A stretch of 64,000 bases of DNA from Chthoniobacter flavus (GCA_945871065.1 CAMBUL010000002.1:15758-79757), one strand, 5' to 3'. Counted from the stretch's first letter, positions 37,781 through 47,445 are shown. Notes: generated by a model not told the origin, from the sequence alone. Program-made: numbers and translations.

Positions 37781-37802
37781 CTCACACATCACAATGTGTG
37801 AG
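37781..37802. promoter_or_regulatory. palindromic candidate operator upstream of vapB-3
   Basis: ctcacacat-caca-atgtgtgag: 9-bp arms, 20 nt upstream of ATG 37823. Confidence 0.35.
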
Positions 37803-37822
37803 ACTGTGTGTGGGATCGAACT

Positions 37823-38023
37823 ATGGCGACGAATCTACAACTTGACGATCGGCTGATCACAGAGGCCACGGCCCTGGGAAAACACCGCACCAAGAAAGAG
37901 GCGGTCACCCGCGCCCTCACGGACTACATCAGCCACTTGCGACAGGATCGCATCTTGGACCTTTTCGGGAAGGTCGAGTTCGACCCTGCCTACGACTACA
38001 AACGCCAGCGGGCGCGGGCTTGA
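37823..38023 (+). CDS. vapB: VapB-family antitoxin
   Basis: MATNLQLDDRLITEATALGKHRTKKEAVTRALTDYI. ATG 37823 preferred over ORF-track start 37808. Overlaps the vapC start. Confidence 0.8.
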   Translation: MATNLQLDDRLITEATALGKHRTKKEAVTRALTDYISHLRQDRILDLFGKVEFDPAYDYKRQRARA

Positions 38024-38472
38024 GGGCGCTCGTCGATACGAGCGTCTGGTCGTTGGCCTTACGGCGTGACGATGGACAGCAGCATCCGGAGAGGGAGGAA
38101 TTGCGGCGGCTCGTGTCCGCCCATGTCGCCGAGATCGTCGGCCCCATCCGCCAGGAAATTCTCTCCGGTGTGCGGGATCGGGTGCAGTTCGCGCGTTTGG
38201 AAACCCACCTCGCGGCATTCCCCGATATTCCGCTCCTGACGGAAGATTACGTGACGGCCGCGAAGTTTTTCAATGTGTGCCGGTCGAAGGGCATTCAGGG
38301 GTCGAACACCGACTTCCTCATTTGCGCAGTGGCTGTCCGGTGCGACTTGGTCATCTTCACAACGGACGGGGATTTCAGGCACTTCGCAAAGTTCTTGCCC
38401 ATCGTGCTGCACGAGGCCAAAAAACCGACGCCCTCACGGCAACGTCGCTCACCCCCGAGACGCGAGGCCTGA
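38020..38472 (+). CDS. vapC: PIN-domain toxin VapC
   Basis: 150 aa with LVDTSVW, CRSKGIQGSNTDFLICAVAV, IFTTDGDF. Confidence 0.85.
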   Translation: MRALVDTSVWSLALRRDDGQQHPEREELRRLVSAHVAEIVGPIRQEILSGVRDRVQFARLETHLAAFPDIPLLTEDYVTAAKFFNVCRSKGIQGSNTDFLICAVAVRCDLVIFTTDGDFRHFAKFLPIVLHEAKKPTPSRQRRSPPRREA

Positions 38473-38601
38473 CCTTCGCGCTGCTGCCAAGAGCAGGGCG
38501 CTGGTGAGGAGCAGTTTCCGCATCGACGCGGAAGGTTTAGCCGTCGCAGTCTGCTAGATCAATCGGTGCAAACCTGCTTTCGCCTCGCCGGTGGAAGATG
38601 T

Positions 38602-39858
38602 ATGTTGTCGCTTCCCGTGATGAATTTTAAGTCGATCCTCTTTTCCGTGCTTTCCGGTATGCAGTGCGGCTGGTTGCGGGTGGTTTTGCCCGACGGGAAT
38701 GAGAAGATTTTCGGCGGGCTGGGGGAGGAGCCGCGGGCGGAAATTCGGGTCAAGGACGTGGAATTTTTCCGGACGTGCGTGCTCTACGGGCCGGTCGGGT
38801 TTGGGGAGGCGTATATGGACGGGTTGTGGGAGACGGAGGATTTGGTCGGGGTGATTGCGTGGTTTATCCGCAATGCCGACGAGTCGACGGTGCTGGAGGG
38901 GTCGGGCCGGACGGACCTGCGGATCGGGCTGATGAATTTCGCGCACAAGGTGGCGCACCAGCTGCGGCCGAACAGCCGGCGGAACAGTCGGCGGAATATC
39001 CAAGAGCATTACGATCTGAGTAACGAGTTCTTCGCGCTGTGGTTGGATCCGACCATGACGTATTCGGCGGCGTATTGGGATCAGCCGGGCGCGACGCTGG
39101 AGCAGGCGCAGGTGCGCAAATACGATGTGCTCTGCCGCAAGCTGCGCTTGCAGCCGTCGGATCATGTGCTCGAGATCGGGAGCGGGTGGGGAGGGTTTTC
39201 CATGCATGCGGCGCGAAATTTCGGATGCCGGGTCACCACGGTGACGATCTCGCCGGCGCAGTTCGACGAGGCGTCGCGGCGGATCGCGGCGGCGGGGTTG
39301 AATGACAAGATCGATCTGCGGCTGACCGATTACCGGGAGCTGACCGGGCAGTTCGACAAGATTGCCTCGATCGAGATGCTCGAGGCGGTGGGGGACAAAT
39401 ACCTCGACGGGTATTTCGCGCAATGTCACCGCTTGCTCAAGCGCAAGGGGCTGCTCGGGTTGCAATACATCACGTGTCCGGATGCGCAATACGAGGTGCT
39501 GCGGCGCGGGGTGGATTTCATCCAGCGGCATATTTTTCCGGGCTCGCTGCTCAATAGCATCGGACGGGTTAACATGGCGCTGAATCGCACGGGGGATTTG
39601 TTCCTCCACGATTTGGACGACATGGGACCGTATTACGCGCGGACCCTGCATGTCTGGCGGGAGAATTTCCACCGCGAGCTCGACGCGGTGCGGGGGCAGG
39701 GGTTTGACGAGACGTTCCTCCGCAAGTGGGACTACTACCTCGCGTATTGCGAGGCCGCGTTTGCCACGCGCCATATCAGCGTGGTGCAGGCCATTTACAC
39801 GCGGGCGGATAATGAGACGCTCGATTTTTCGACGGGTCTGAATCGGGGGTGCTCATGA
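38602..39858 (+). CDS. cfa: cyclopropane-fatty-acyl-phospholipid synthase family methyltransferase
   Basis: CMAS-type sequence: HYDLSNEFF, VLEIGSGWGGFSMHAA, YYLAYCEAAF. Start is ambiguous (GTG 38566, ATG 38602, ATG 38620). Confidence 0.88.
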   Translation: MLSLPVMNFKSILFSVLSGMQCGWLRVVLPDGNEKIFGGLGEEPRAEIRVKDVEFFRTCVLYGPVGFGEAYMDGLWETEDLVGVIAWFIRNADESTVLEGSGRTDLRIGLMNFAHKVAHQLRPNSRRNSRRNIQEHYDLSNEFFALWLDPTMTYSAAYWDQPGATLEQAQVRKYDVLCRKLRLQPSDHVLEIGSGWGGFSMHAARNFGCRVTTVTISPAQFDEASRRIAAAGLNDKIDLRLTDYRELTGQFDKIASIEMLEAVGDKYLDGYFAQCHRLLKRKGLLGLQYITCPDAQYEVLRRGVDFIQRHIFPGSLLNSIGRVNMALNRTGDLFLHDLDDMGPYYARTLHVWRENFHRELDAVRGQGFDETFLRKWDYYLAYCEAAFATRHISVVQAIYTRADNETLDFSTGLNRGCS

Positions 39859-40655
39859 TGCCGGAGTGGGCGGAGTTCTGGCGGTTGATGGCTTTCGCGC
39901 TGGCCATTCCGATGGTCATGATGGCGGGGGTGTGGGTGATTTCCCGCGTGCTGAACAACGCGGGGATCGTGGATATTTTCTGGTCCTACGGATTCATTCC
40001 GGTGGCCTTGGCCTGCGCTGTCTTGGGCGGCGGGGACGTCACGCGCAGTTTCGTGCTCGTGTTGATGGTGACAATCTGGGCAGCGCGGCTCGGGACGTAT
40101 TTGTTGATCCGCGTGGCCCAGCATCATCCGGAGGAGGACGGGCGCTATGCGGCGCTGCGGCAGCAGTTCCCGAACCACACGTGGGCCATGTTCCTCGGGT
40201 TTTTCGAGGCCCAGGGGGTTCTCATCGCGCTCTTGAGCGTGCCCTTTGTGCTGGTCTTCATCAATGGGGCGCCGGGGCTGGGGGTTTTCGAGTATGCAGG
40301 GGCGGCGTTGTGGCTGCTGGCTATGCTGGGGGAATCGGCGGCCGATGCGCAGCTGAACCGGTTCCGGTCCGATCCGGCGAACAAGGGGAAAACCTGCCGG
40401 GTCGGGTTGTGGAAGTATTCGCGTCATCCGAATTACTTTTGCGAGTGGCTGGTCTGGGTCGCGTATTTTATCTACGCGCTGCGCTCGCCGGGCGGGTGGA
40501 TGGCGGTTTATGCTCCGGCCCTGATGTATTTGTTTTTGACCAAAGTGACGGGGATCAAGGCGACCGAGGAGCACGCGGTGCGGTCGCGGGGCGATGATTA
40601 CCGGGATTATCAGCGGACCACGAATGCGTTTTTCCCGTGGTGGCCGAAAGGGTGA
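39855..40655 (+). CDS. DUF1295 / steroid-5-alpha-reductase-like membrane protein
   Basis: Polytopic, with GLWKYSRHPNYFCEW. ATG 39855 forms an ATGA overlap with the cfa stop. Confidence 0.82.
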   Translation: MMPEWAEFWRLMAFALAIPMVMMAGVWVISRVLNNAGIVDIFWSYGFIPVALACAVLGGGDVTRSFVLVLMVTIWAARLGTYLLIRVAQHHPEEDGRYAALRQQFPNHTWAMFLGFFEAQGVLIALLSVPFVLVFINGAPGLGVFEYAGAALWLLAMLGESAADAQLNRFRSDPANKGKTCRVGLWKYSRHPNYFCEWLVWVAYFIYALRSPGGWMAVYAPALMYLFLTKVTGIKATEEHAVRSRGDDYRDYQRTTNAFFPWWPKG

Positions 40656-40719
40656 AGATGAGGATTGAAAAGAAAACGGCCGACGCCTGGGCCAGCCGTC
40701 CTTACCAGGTGAGGATACG

Positions 40720-41751
40720 ATGAGCTTTTTAGACCGGGTGCTGGAGAAAGGGTTGCTGCCGGATTTTGTCATCCGGGCGGGGATCCATCAGTTGTTGGCC
40801 CGCAAGCTGAAGGACGAGAACCGCGGCGGGGTGGAGGCGCAGCAGAGGGCGTTGATGGATTTTGTGCGTGAACTCAAGTCGATGCCGATTGCAGTGAAGA
40901 CGCGGGAGGCGAACGAGCAGCACTACGAGGTGCCGACGGAATTTTTCAAATACGTGCTCGGTCCGCGCATGAAATACAGCAGCGGGCTGTGGTCCGGGCG
41001 GCACACGACCTTCGCGGAATCGGAAGAGGCGATGCTGGCGCTGAGTTGCGAGCGGGCGAAGTTGGAGGACGGTCAGCGCGTGCTCGAGTTGGGCTGCGGG
41101 TGGGGATCCTTGACCTTGTGGATGGCGGAGAAGTATCCGAACTCGCGGATTCTCGGGGTTTCCAACTCGCGGACACAGAAAGAATACATCATGGGCGAGG
41201 CGGCGCGGCGGGGGTTGGGCAATGTGGAGATCCACACGGCCAATGTGGCGGAGTTGGATCTGCCGCACGGGGAATTCGACCGGGTGGTGTCGGTCGAAAT
41301 GTTTGAGCACATGAAGAATTACGAATTGCTCCTGCGCAAGGTGGCCTCGTGGCTGAAGCCCGGCGGGCTGCTCTTCGTGCATATTTTCACCCACCGCACG
41401 TTGGCTTACCATTTTGAGGGCACGGATCCGAGCGACTGGATCACGCGGTATTTTTTCGAGGGCGGGACGATGCCGTCGGATGATTTGCTGACCTATTTCC
41501 AGGATGACCTGAAATTGCGGGATCATTGGTGCGTCAACGGCACGCATTACGCGCGCACGTCTGAAGCTTGGCTGGCCAACATGGACAAGAACGAAGCGCA
41601 GATCACCCCGATCCTCACGACAACTTACGGTGCCGAGAATGTGACCAAGTGGCGGGTCTATTGGCGCGTGTTTTTCATGGCGTGCGCGGGACTTTGGGGT
41701 TACCGCTACGGCGAGGAATGGATCGTCTCGCATTATCTTTTCGCCAAGTGA
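40720..41751 (+). CDS. second Cfa/mycolic-acid-synthase-like SAM-dependent methyltransferase
   Basis: [25 protein letters not shown], and a C-terminal CMAS-like region. 343 aa. Confidence 0.85.
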   Translation: MSFLDRVLEKGLLPDFVIRAGIHQLLARKLKDENRGGVEAQQRALMDFVRELKSMPIAVKTREANEQHYEVPTEFFKYVLGPRMKYSSGLWSGRHTTFAESEEAMLALSCERAKLEDGQRVLELGCGWGSLTLWMAEKYPNSRILGVSNSRTQKEYIMGEAARRGLGNVEIHTANVAELDLPHGEFDRVVSVEMFEHMKNYELLLRKVASWLKPGGLLFVHIFTHRTLAYHFEGTDPSDWITRYFFEGGTMPSDDLLTYFQDDLKLRDHWCVNGTHYARTSEAWLANMDKNEAQITPILTTTYGAENVTKWRVYWRVFFMACAGLWGYRYGEEWIVSHYLFAK

Positions 41752-42491
41752 GGACGATACTTTGTGCCGCCGTGGTCTGGGCCGCGGTATCGAGCGTTTA
41801 CGGTGCTGCGGAATGGATCGAACAAGGCGACAGCCTCGATCGCCAGTTCAAGTCGGCCGAGGCTCTGGCCGCCTACCAAAAAGCCGCCGTACAGCGTCCG
41901 GGTGACGCGGCGGTGCAGCGCAAGATGGCCAAGCAGTATGTCGAGATGGTCTTGGACGCCCCGTCGCGTGCGGAAAAATTGCGGCTGGCCACCCTCGGCT
42001 ATGAGACGGCTCGGAAAGCGAAAGACTTGGCGCCACGGGATCCGGCCGCGCGGGTCACGCTGGCTATCGCGGCAGGCCGCCTGGCTTTTTACAGCGAGTC
42101 GCGCCGACGGTTGGAGCTTTCGAGTGTGGTCAGATCCGAGTCGGCCGAAGCGGTCAAACTCGACCCCCGCTACGCTCTCGGGTGGCACGTTCTCGGGCGG
42201 TGGAATTACGAGATAGCCAACCTCAATGCCTTGCTTCGCGTCATGGCCGAGGCCATCTACGGCAAAATGCCGCCGGCCAGCAACGAGGAGGCCATCCGCT
42301 GCCTGCAGAGAGCGGTGGAACTGGAGCCCGGCAATGCTCTTTTCCACGCCGAACTCGGGCGGTCCTATCTTACGGTCGGGCGCAAAGATGATGCGCGGCG
42401 CGAGCTGCAGAAGGCGATCAGCCTGCCCCAGCGCAGCCGCGATGATGCGGGCGCCCAAAGCCGGGCCAAGGAATCCCTCCGCCAGTTGTAA
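41748..42491 (+). CDS. secreted TPR-like repeat protein
   Basis: GTG 41748 overlaps the upstream stop (GTGA). Signal-like [19 protein letters not shown], then helical repeats ([26 protein letters not shown]). Confidence 0.7.
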   Translation: MRTILCAAVVWAAVSSVYGAAEWIEQGDSLDRQFKSAEALAAYQKAAVQRPGDAAVQRKMAKQYVEMVLDAPSRAEKLRLATLGYETARKAKDLAPRDPAARVTLAIAAGRLAFYSESRRRLELSSVVRSESAEAVKLDPRYALGWHVLGRWNYEIANLNALLRVMAEAIYGKMPPASNEEAIRCLQRAVELEPGNALFHAELGRSYLTVGRKDDARRELQKAISLPQRSRDDAGAQSRAKESLRQL

Positions 42492-42496
42492 TCTCC

Positions 42497-43594
42497 ATGA
42501 GTCGCCAAAAAATCCTCATTTTCACCACCGGTTTCGGTGACGGCCACAACTCGGCGGCACGCAATGTGCGCGACGCCTTCGATGCCACCGGCGGCTACGA
42601 CACCGAGGTCCACGATCCCTATGTCGCGGTCAACCCTCGCGCCTCGAAGACCCTGCAAGTGGCCTACAATTTCTCCATCCAGCGCGTGCCGGTGACGTGG
42701 AAAGCCTTTTTCTGGCTTTATGACAAGACCCCGGTTTTCGATTGGACGCTGCCGACGTTGGGCAATCTCAAAGCGGCCCTCCGGGATTTGCTGCGCGAGA
42801 AAAAACCGGTGGCGGTCATTACGACTTATCCGGTTTACAGCTATTTGATCAGCGAGCTGATGAAGAGCGGCGAGGTGCCGGTCTGTCCGCATTTCATGGT
42901 GGTGACCGACTCCATCGTGATCAACCGCGTCTGGAACCTCGCCCCGGCCGATTGGGTCCTCGTGGCCAATGAGCCAACGCGTGAGGCCATGACCCAAGGT
43001 GGCACACCGCCGGAGAAAATCGTCGTGCTCGGTTTTCCGGTCAGTCCGCGCTTCGAAGAGTTGGCGCGCCGGCCATTGCCGCCGGGGCCGCCCTGGAAAA
43101 TTCTTTATCTCCCCTCGGCCAGTCGCAGCACGGTGTCGGCGGTGGTGCGGGGGCTGACCGCGTTGCCGGGCGTCGAGTTGTCCGTGGTGACTGGGCGTCA
43201 CAAGCATCTGCACGGATTTTTAAAACGGCTCGATCTGCCGGTCGGCGCCTTCAGCCTCCTTGGCTGGACCGACCGCATGCCGGAGTTATTGGCCGAAAGT
43301 CATCTTTTCATCGGCAAAGCGGGCGGGGCAATCGTGCAAGAGACGCTGGCCATCGCGCGCCCCATGATCATCAGCCACGTGGTCGCGGGGCAGGAGGAAG
43401 GCAATGTGACGCTCCTGGCCGATATCGGCGCGGGCGCGTTGGCGACGACTCCCGAAAAAATCATCGGGACGGTGCAACGTGCACTGTTGGAAAATGGCGG
43501 GTCCGAGTGGACGCGCTGGCGGGAAAACTTGCTCAAGGTCAGCCATCCCGCGGCGGCGCGTCAGACTGCAGAATTTGTGGTTTCCAAATTGTAG
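42497..43594 (+). CDS. MGDG-synthase/UgtP-like diacylglycerol glycosyltransferase (GT28-like)
   Basis: N-terminal KILIFTTGFGDGHNSAA resembles the MGDG_synth domain. GT-B C-terminal half has GKAGGAIVQE. Confidence 0.75.
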   Translation: MSRQKILIFTTGFGDGHNSAARNVRDAFDATGGYDTEVHDPYVAVNPRASKTLQVAYNFSIQRVPVTWKAFFWLYDKTPVFDWTLPTLGNLKAALRDLLREKKPVAVITTYPVYSYLISELMKSGEVPVCPHFMVVTDSIVINRVWNLAPADWVLVANEPTREAMTQGGTPPEKIVVLGFPVSPRFEELARRPLPPGPPWKILYLPSASRSTVSAVVRGLTALPGVELSVVTGRHKHLHGFLKRLDLPVGAFSLLGWTDRMPELLAESHLFIGKAGGAIVQETLAIARPMIISHVVAGQEEGNVTLLADIGAGALATTPEKIIGTVQRALLENGGSEWTRWRENLLKVSHPAAARQTAEFVVSKL

Positions 43595-43628
43595 AAAACC
43601 CCGCGCGGCGGGTGGCCGGCCTTTTGGT

Positions 43629-44516
43629 TTACAGCGCCCCTTGGTATGTCCCGCTGCCGCGGCCCGACCAAGCCATGAGCCGCTCCGCGTCGTCAAAGAT
43701 GTATCTTGTTTTGCTCCCGAGTTGCACAAGGATGACTTCGCGGCCGTTGAGACGCCCGCTCGAGATGAGACAGCGCCCTGCCGCATTGGTAAATCCGGTT
43801 TTCATGCCGTTGTAGGCGTTCGAGCGTTTGAGCAATTTGTTGGTCGCTTCAAGGCGGGTGATGCGCCCGCTGTTGTGGCGGAAGTAGACCACAGTCTGTT
43901 GCATCATGCGGCGGAGGGTGGGGTCCCGGTAGGCGAGGAAGGCGATACGGGCCATGTCGCGTGCGGTGGAGAATTGAGCGGCGGGCAGGCCGTGGCTGTT
44001 GGCGAAGTAGGAATTGCGGGCCCCGAGAGACCATGCGGCCTGGTTCATTTGGCCGGTAAAGGCCGCTTCCGTGCCGCTGTGGTCGCGGGCCAGCGCGGCA
44101 CAGGCGTCATTCGAACTTTTCACCAGGATGGACTGTAGGAGATCCCGCCGCGCGTAACGCTCGCCGGGTCGGAGTCCGAGGCGGATCGGTTCCACGCGTG
44201 TGTCCTCTGGAGCAATGGTGACCATGGCATCGAGGTTCCCGCGGCGGCTGACCAGCAAAGCGGTGAGGAGTTTTTGGGTGCTGGCCGGCACCCGTGGGGT
44301 GTCGGCATTTTTTTGGAAAAGGACCTCTCCGCTGCGGGCATCGATCAAGATGGCCGACTGCGCGGCAAGGCCGGGGGCGTTGGCCGGCCAGACCAGCGCA
44401 TTGCTCGGCGCAGCGGCCACGGGTGAGGTGGCCGGGCTGGCGCGGCGGACTTCACGGGGCGAGGTGGCGCAACCGGCGAGGAAGAGGAGGGGAACGAGCA
44501 GGACGACCGCTTTCAT
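43629..44516 (-). CDS. D-alanyl-D-alanine carboxypeptidase (S11, PBP5/6-like) lipoprotein
   Basis: Lipobox LFLAGC. SxxK (ASTQKLL), SxN (KSSNDA), KTG (KTGFT). ATG 44516 overlaps the folE2 stop. Confidence 0.88.
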   Translation of the reverse strand: MKAVVLLVPLLFLAGCATSPREVRRASPATSPVAAAPSNALVWPANAPGLAAQSAILIDARSGEVLFQKNADTPRVPASTQKLLTALLVSRRGNLDAMVTIAPEDTRVEPIRLGLRPGERYARRDLLQSILVKSSNDACAALARDHSGTEAAFTGQMNQAAWSLGARNSYFANSHGLPAAQFSTARDMARIAFLAYRDPTLRRMMQQTVVYFRHNSGRITRLEATNKLLKRSNAYNGMKTGFTNAAGRCLISSGRLNGREVILVQLGSKTRYIFDDAERLMAWSGRGSGTYQGAL

Positions 44517-45313
44517 GAATATTTTTCGACCATGGCGTAAGCGTTGTGGTTGTGGATGCTCTCGAAGTTTTCCGCTTCGACCTGCCACCAAGTGATGCGG
44601 GGATCGGCGTTGACTTGCGAGGCGATATTGCGCACGAGGTCCTCGACAAAAACCGGATTGGCGTAGGCGCGTTCGGTCACCGCTTTTTCGTCCGGGCGCT
44701 TCAGCACGCTGTAGAGTTCGCAGCTGGCCGAGCGTTCGATGAGAGAGACCATTTCGGGCAGCGGCAACGGACGTTGGGAGCGCAAACGAAGGGTGACTTG
44801 TCCGCGTTGATTGTGCGCACCGCTGGCGCTGATTGCTTTAGAGCAGGGACACAAGGTGGTGACATTGGCCACCACGGTGGTGACGAGGTCGTGGCTTTCG
44901 CGGCCGGCCGTCGCGGTGAAGCGGGCGGTGTAGTCGACCAGACCGGGTGCGCCGGTGACGGGCGCTTTTTTCTCGAGGAAAAAAGGGAACTCGAACTCAA
45001 GATGGGCCCGCTTGCTGTGCAACCGGTCGATGAGTGACCGCAAGAGCTTTTCGATGTCCTCGGGGTGCAGCACGGGACCGTGGGCCTGGAGGACCTCGAG
45101 GAAGCGGCTCATGTGAGTGCCTTTGAATTCCTGGGGCAGCTCGACGGTCAGTTGCACCGTGGCGATGGTGCTTTGCGGGGCGCCGGGACCGACCGCGACT
45201 TGGATGGGAAATCGGAGGTTCTTCACCCCGACGCGGTCAATGACGATGCGGCGGTGGTCGGACTCGCTTTGGGTGTCGAGCAGGGTGGCTGCGGTGTCCT
45301 CCGGGTGCTTCAT
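44513..45313 (-). CDS. folE2: GTP cyclohydrolase FolE2 (type IB)
   Basis: KGTHMSRFLEVL, LCPCSK, AHNQRG, ESIHNHNA. Confidence 0.9.
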   Translation of the reverse strand: MKHPEDTAATLLDTQSESDHRRIVIDRVGVKNLRFPIQVAVGPGAPQSTIATVQLTVELPQEFKGTHMSRFLEVLQAHGPVLHPEDIEKLLRSLIDRLHSKRAHLEFEFPFFLEKKAPVTGAPGLVDYTARFTATAGRESHDLVTTVVANVTTLCPCSKAISASGAHNQRGQVTLRLRSQRPLPLPEMVSLIERSASCELYSVLKRPDEKAVTERAYANPVFVEDLVRNIASQVNADPRITWWQVEAENFESIHNHNAYAMVEKYS

Positions 45314-45404
45314 GAAGGGGAAACTTACGCTGATTCACGCCGGGGGGCAAAAGTGAATTGTCCGGTTGGCCGGGCGGGCTGTGGCGGCTAAGCTGTCCGC
45401 GGCA

Positions 45405-46049
45405 ATGAAGCTCACGGTCAACGAAATCTACCAGTCGGTGCAGGGCGAGAGTACCTGGGCCGGGCTGCCTTGCGTTTTTGTCCGCCTGACCTTTTGCGAC
45501 CTGCGCTGCACCTACTGCGACACCGAGTACGCCTTCTATGAGGGGAAAAAGATGCCGCTCGACGAGATTGTGGCGGCCGTGCGGCTCTTCGGGTGTCCGC
45601 TGGTCGAGGTGACCGGGGGTGAACCGCTCCTGCAGCCGGCCTGTGTGCCGCTGTTGGCCATGCTCTGCGAGGCGGGTTTTACCGTCTTACTGGAGACTTC
45701 GGGAGCACACGATATTTCGGCGGTCGACCCGCGGGTCCACCGGATCATGGACCTGAAGACGCCGTCGAGCGGGGAATGTGCCCGAAATCTTTATACCAAT
45801 ATCGCCCGGCTAACAGACCGCGACGAAGTGAAGTTCGTGCTCGGGTCACGGGAGGATTACGAGTGGGCCCGGGTAATGATGCATGACCACGGATTGGCCA
45901 GCAAAGTGCGGGCGGTCCTTTTCAGTCCGGTCTTCGGAAAAATTGCCCCCAGCGACATCGTGGCCTGGATGCTGGAGGATCAATTGCCGGCGCGCTTCCA
46001 GTTGCAGATGCACAAGTTCATCTGGGAGCCCAAGGCGCGGGGCGTTTGA
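45405..46049 (+). CDS. queE: 7-carboxy-7-deazaguanine synthase (radical SAM)
   Basis: VNEIYQSVQGESTWAGLPCVFVRLTFCDLRCTYCDTEY. ATG 45405. Confidence 0.9.
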   Translation: MKLTVNEIYQSVQGESTWAGLPCVFVRLTFCDLRCTYCDTEYAFYEGKKMPLDEIVAAVRLFGCPLVEVTGGEPLLQPACVPLLAMLCEAGFTVLLETSGAHDISAVDPRVHRIMDLKTPSSGECARNLYTNIARLTDRDEVKFVLGSREDYEWARVMMHDHGLASKVRAVLFSPVFGKIAPSDIVAWMLEDQLPARFQLQMHKFIWEPKARGV

Positions 46050-46089
46050 CCGTTTGCCGCGGGGCGGGCGGCGGGGTAGAAGAAGAGCG

Positions 46090-46452
46090 ATGAACATCAC
46101 GCTGACCAAAATTTTCCACTTCGAGGCCGCGCACACCCTGCCCAACGTGCCGCCCGACCATCAATGCGCCCGGATGCACGGCCACAGCTACCAAGTGGAA
46201 GTCTCGGCATCGGGCCCCGTCGGCGCGGAGTCGGGCTGGTTGATGGACCATGCGGAGATCAGCAAGGTGGTCAAACCGCTCATCGCCCAACTCGACCACC
46301 GTTATCTTAACGACATCCCGGGCCTGGAAAATCCGACTTTCGAACAATTGGCCGGCTGGCTTTGGCAGGAAATCAAACCACATCTTCCGCATCTCAGCGA
46401 GATCGCCATTCACGAGACGCCGACTTCGCGGTGCATTTACCGCGGAGAGTAG
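46090..46452 (+). CDS. queD: 6-carboxy-5,6,7,8-tetrahydropterin synthase
   Basis: 120 aa with FHFEAAHTLP, CARMHGHSY, HETPTS. ATG 46090. Confidence 0.9.
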   Translation: MNITLTKIFHFEAAHTLPNVPPDHQCARMHGHSYQVEVSASGPVGAESGWLMDHAEISKVVKPLIAQLDHRYLNDIPGLENPTFEQLAGWLWQEIKPHLPHLSEIAIHETPTSRCIYRGE

Positions 46453-46469
46453 CGCTGGCGCGCCGCGAC

Positions 46470-47336
46470 TTAGTTGCGCAGCGAGATGTCCTGGACGCGA
46501 GCGACGAGAAAGCGGCTGAGTAGCAGGTAAAGGATGAAAATGGGAAGGGTGACAAGAAGCGCACCCGCGGCGAAGAGACCCCCTTGGCCGGCCATGCTGT
46601 CCTGGTGCAAGAGACGCAGTCCCACCGGCAAGGTGAACATGGAGGAATCCTGCATGAGGATCGCCGCAACGACATATTCATTCCAAGCTGCGGCAAAGGA
46701 AAACAAGGCGGTCACGGCCAGGCCCTGTGCCGAGACGGGAAGCACAACCCACCGGAAGGTTTCGGACGGCGTGCAGCCATCCATGGCTGCCGCCTCTTCG
46801 ATCGTTTCCGGAACGGTGTCATAAAAGTTTTTCATCTGCCAGATGCAAAAAGGCAAAACAGTTACGAGGTAAACAAGGATCAGTCCGAGGAAAGTATTGA
46901 TCAGCTTGAGCTGCACCAGAATGAGGAAGATGGGGAGGAGAAGCAGGGTGGCAGGGAAGATCTGGGTGACGAGGAGACTGTTGAGCACAGCAAGGCGCCC
47001 AAGGAAACGGAACCGCGACAGGGCATAGCCAGCGGTGGCGGCGAGAATAACCCCGACTACGGTGACGGCCAGGGCGACAAAAAGCGAGTTGGCCAGCCAG
47101 CGGAGGAAGTCCGTCCCGCTCAGCAAGCGGGAAAAATTGTTAAGACCGGCGGTGTTGGCGGGACTCGAAGGATGCAGGGCACGGATGGAGATTTCCCACA
47201 GTGGAACGGCGGCAAGTAGGATGGTGAGGGTGAGAAGGGCGTAGGAGGCGAACTGGCGGAGCAAGGCGGCCTGCCGGCTGCGGCCGGACGCAACCGGGAT
47301 AGTGGCAGGATGTTTGGCTCTCACGGCGGGTGACAC
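46470..47336 (-). CDS. carbohydrate ABC transporter permease (MalG-like)
   Basis: Six TM segments and an EAA loop (IEEAAAMDGCTPSETFRWVVLP). GTG start. Confidence 0.82.
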   Translation of the reverse strand: MSPAVRAKHPATIPVASGRSRQAALLRQFASYALLTLTILLAAVPLWEISIRALHPSSPANTAGLNNFSRLLSGTDFLRWLANSLFVALAVTVVGVILAATAGYALSRFRFLGRLAVLNSLLVTQIFPATLLLLPIFLILVQLKLINTFLGLILVYLVTVLPFCIWQMKNFYDTVPETIEEAAAMDGCTPSETFRWVVLPVSAQGLAVTALFSFAAAWNEYVVAAILMQDSSMFTLPVGLRLLHQDSMAGQGGLFAAGALLVTLPIFILYLLLSRFLVARVQDISLRN

Positions 47337-47445
47337 GGGGGCAAGGAGAAGACATCATACAGTGCGGTGCAAGGGCAGATCTTGGCGGCAGGGCGGGGCA
47401 GTTCCTTGACAGGGCTGGGACACACGTTTCAGATATGTTGCTGTT

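Noticed and set aside
38554-41733. Three long minus-strand ORFs (38554-39774, 39795-40772, 40729-41733) opposite cfa, DUF1295 and the second methyltransferase
   Set aside because: They are Arg/Pro-rich shadow ORFs. The plus-strand products have clear CMAS and DUF1295 signatures.
45314-45404. preQ1 riboswitch upstream of queE
   Set aside because: The sequence lacks the compact preQ1-I/II consensus, with no conserved stem followed by an A-rich tail. This needs a covariance-model scan to be definitive.
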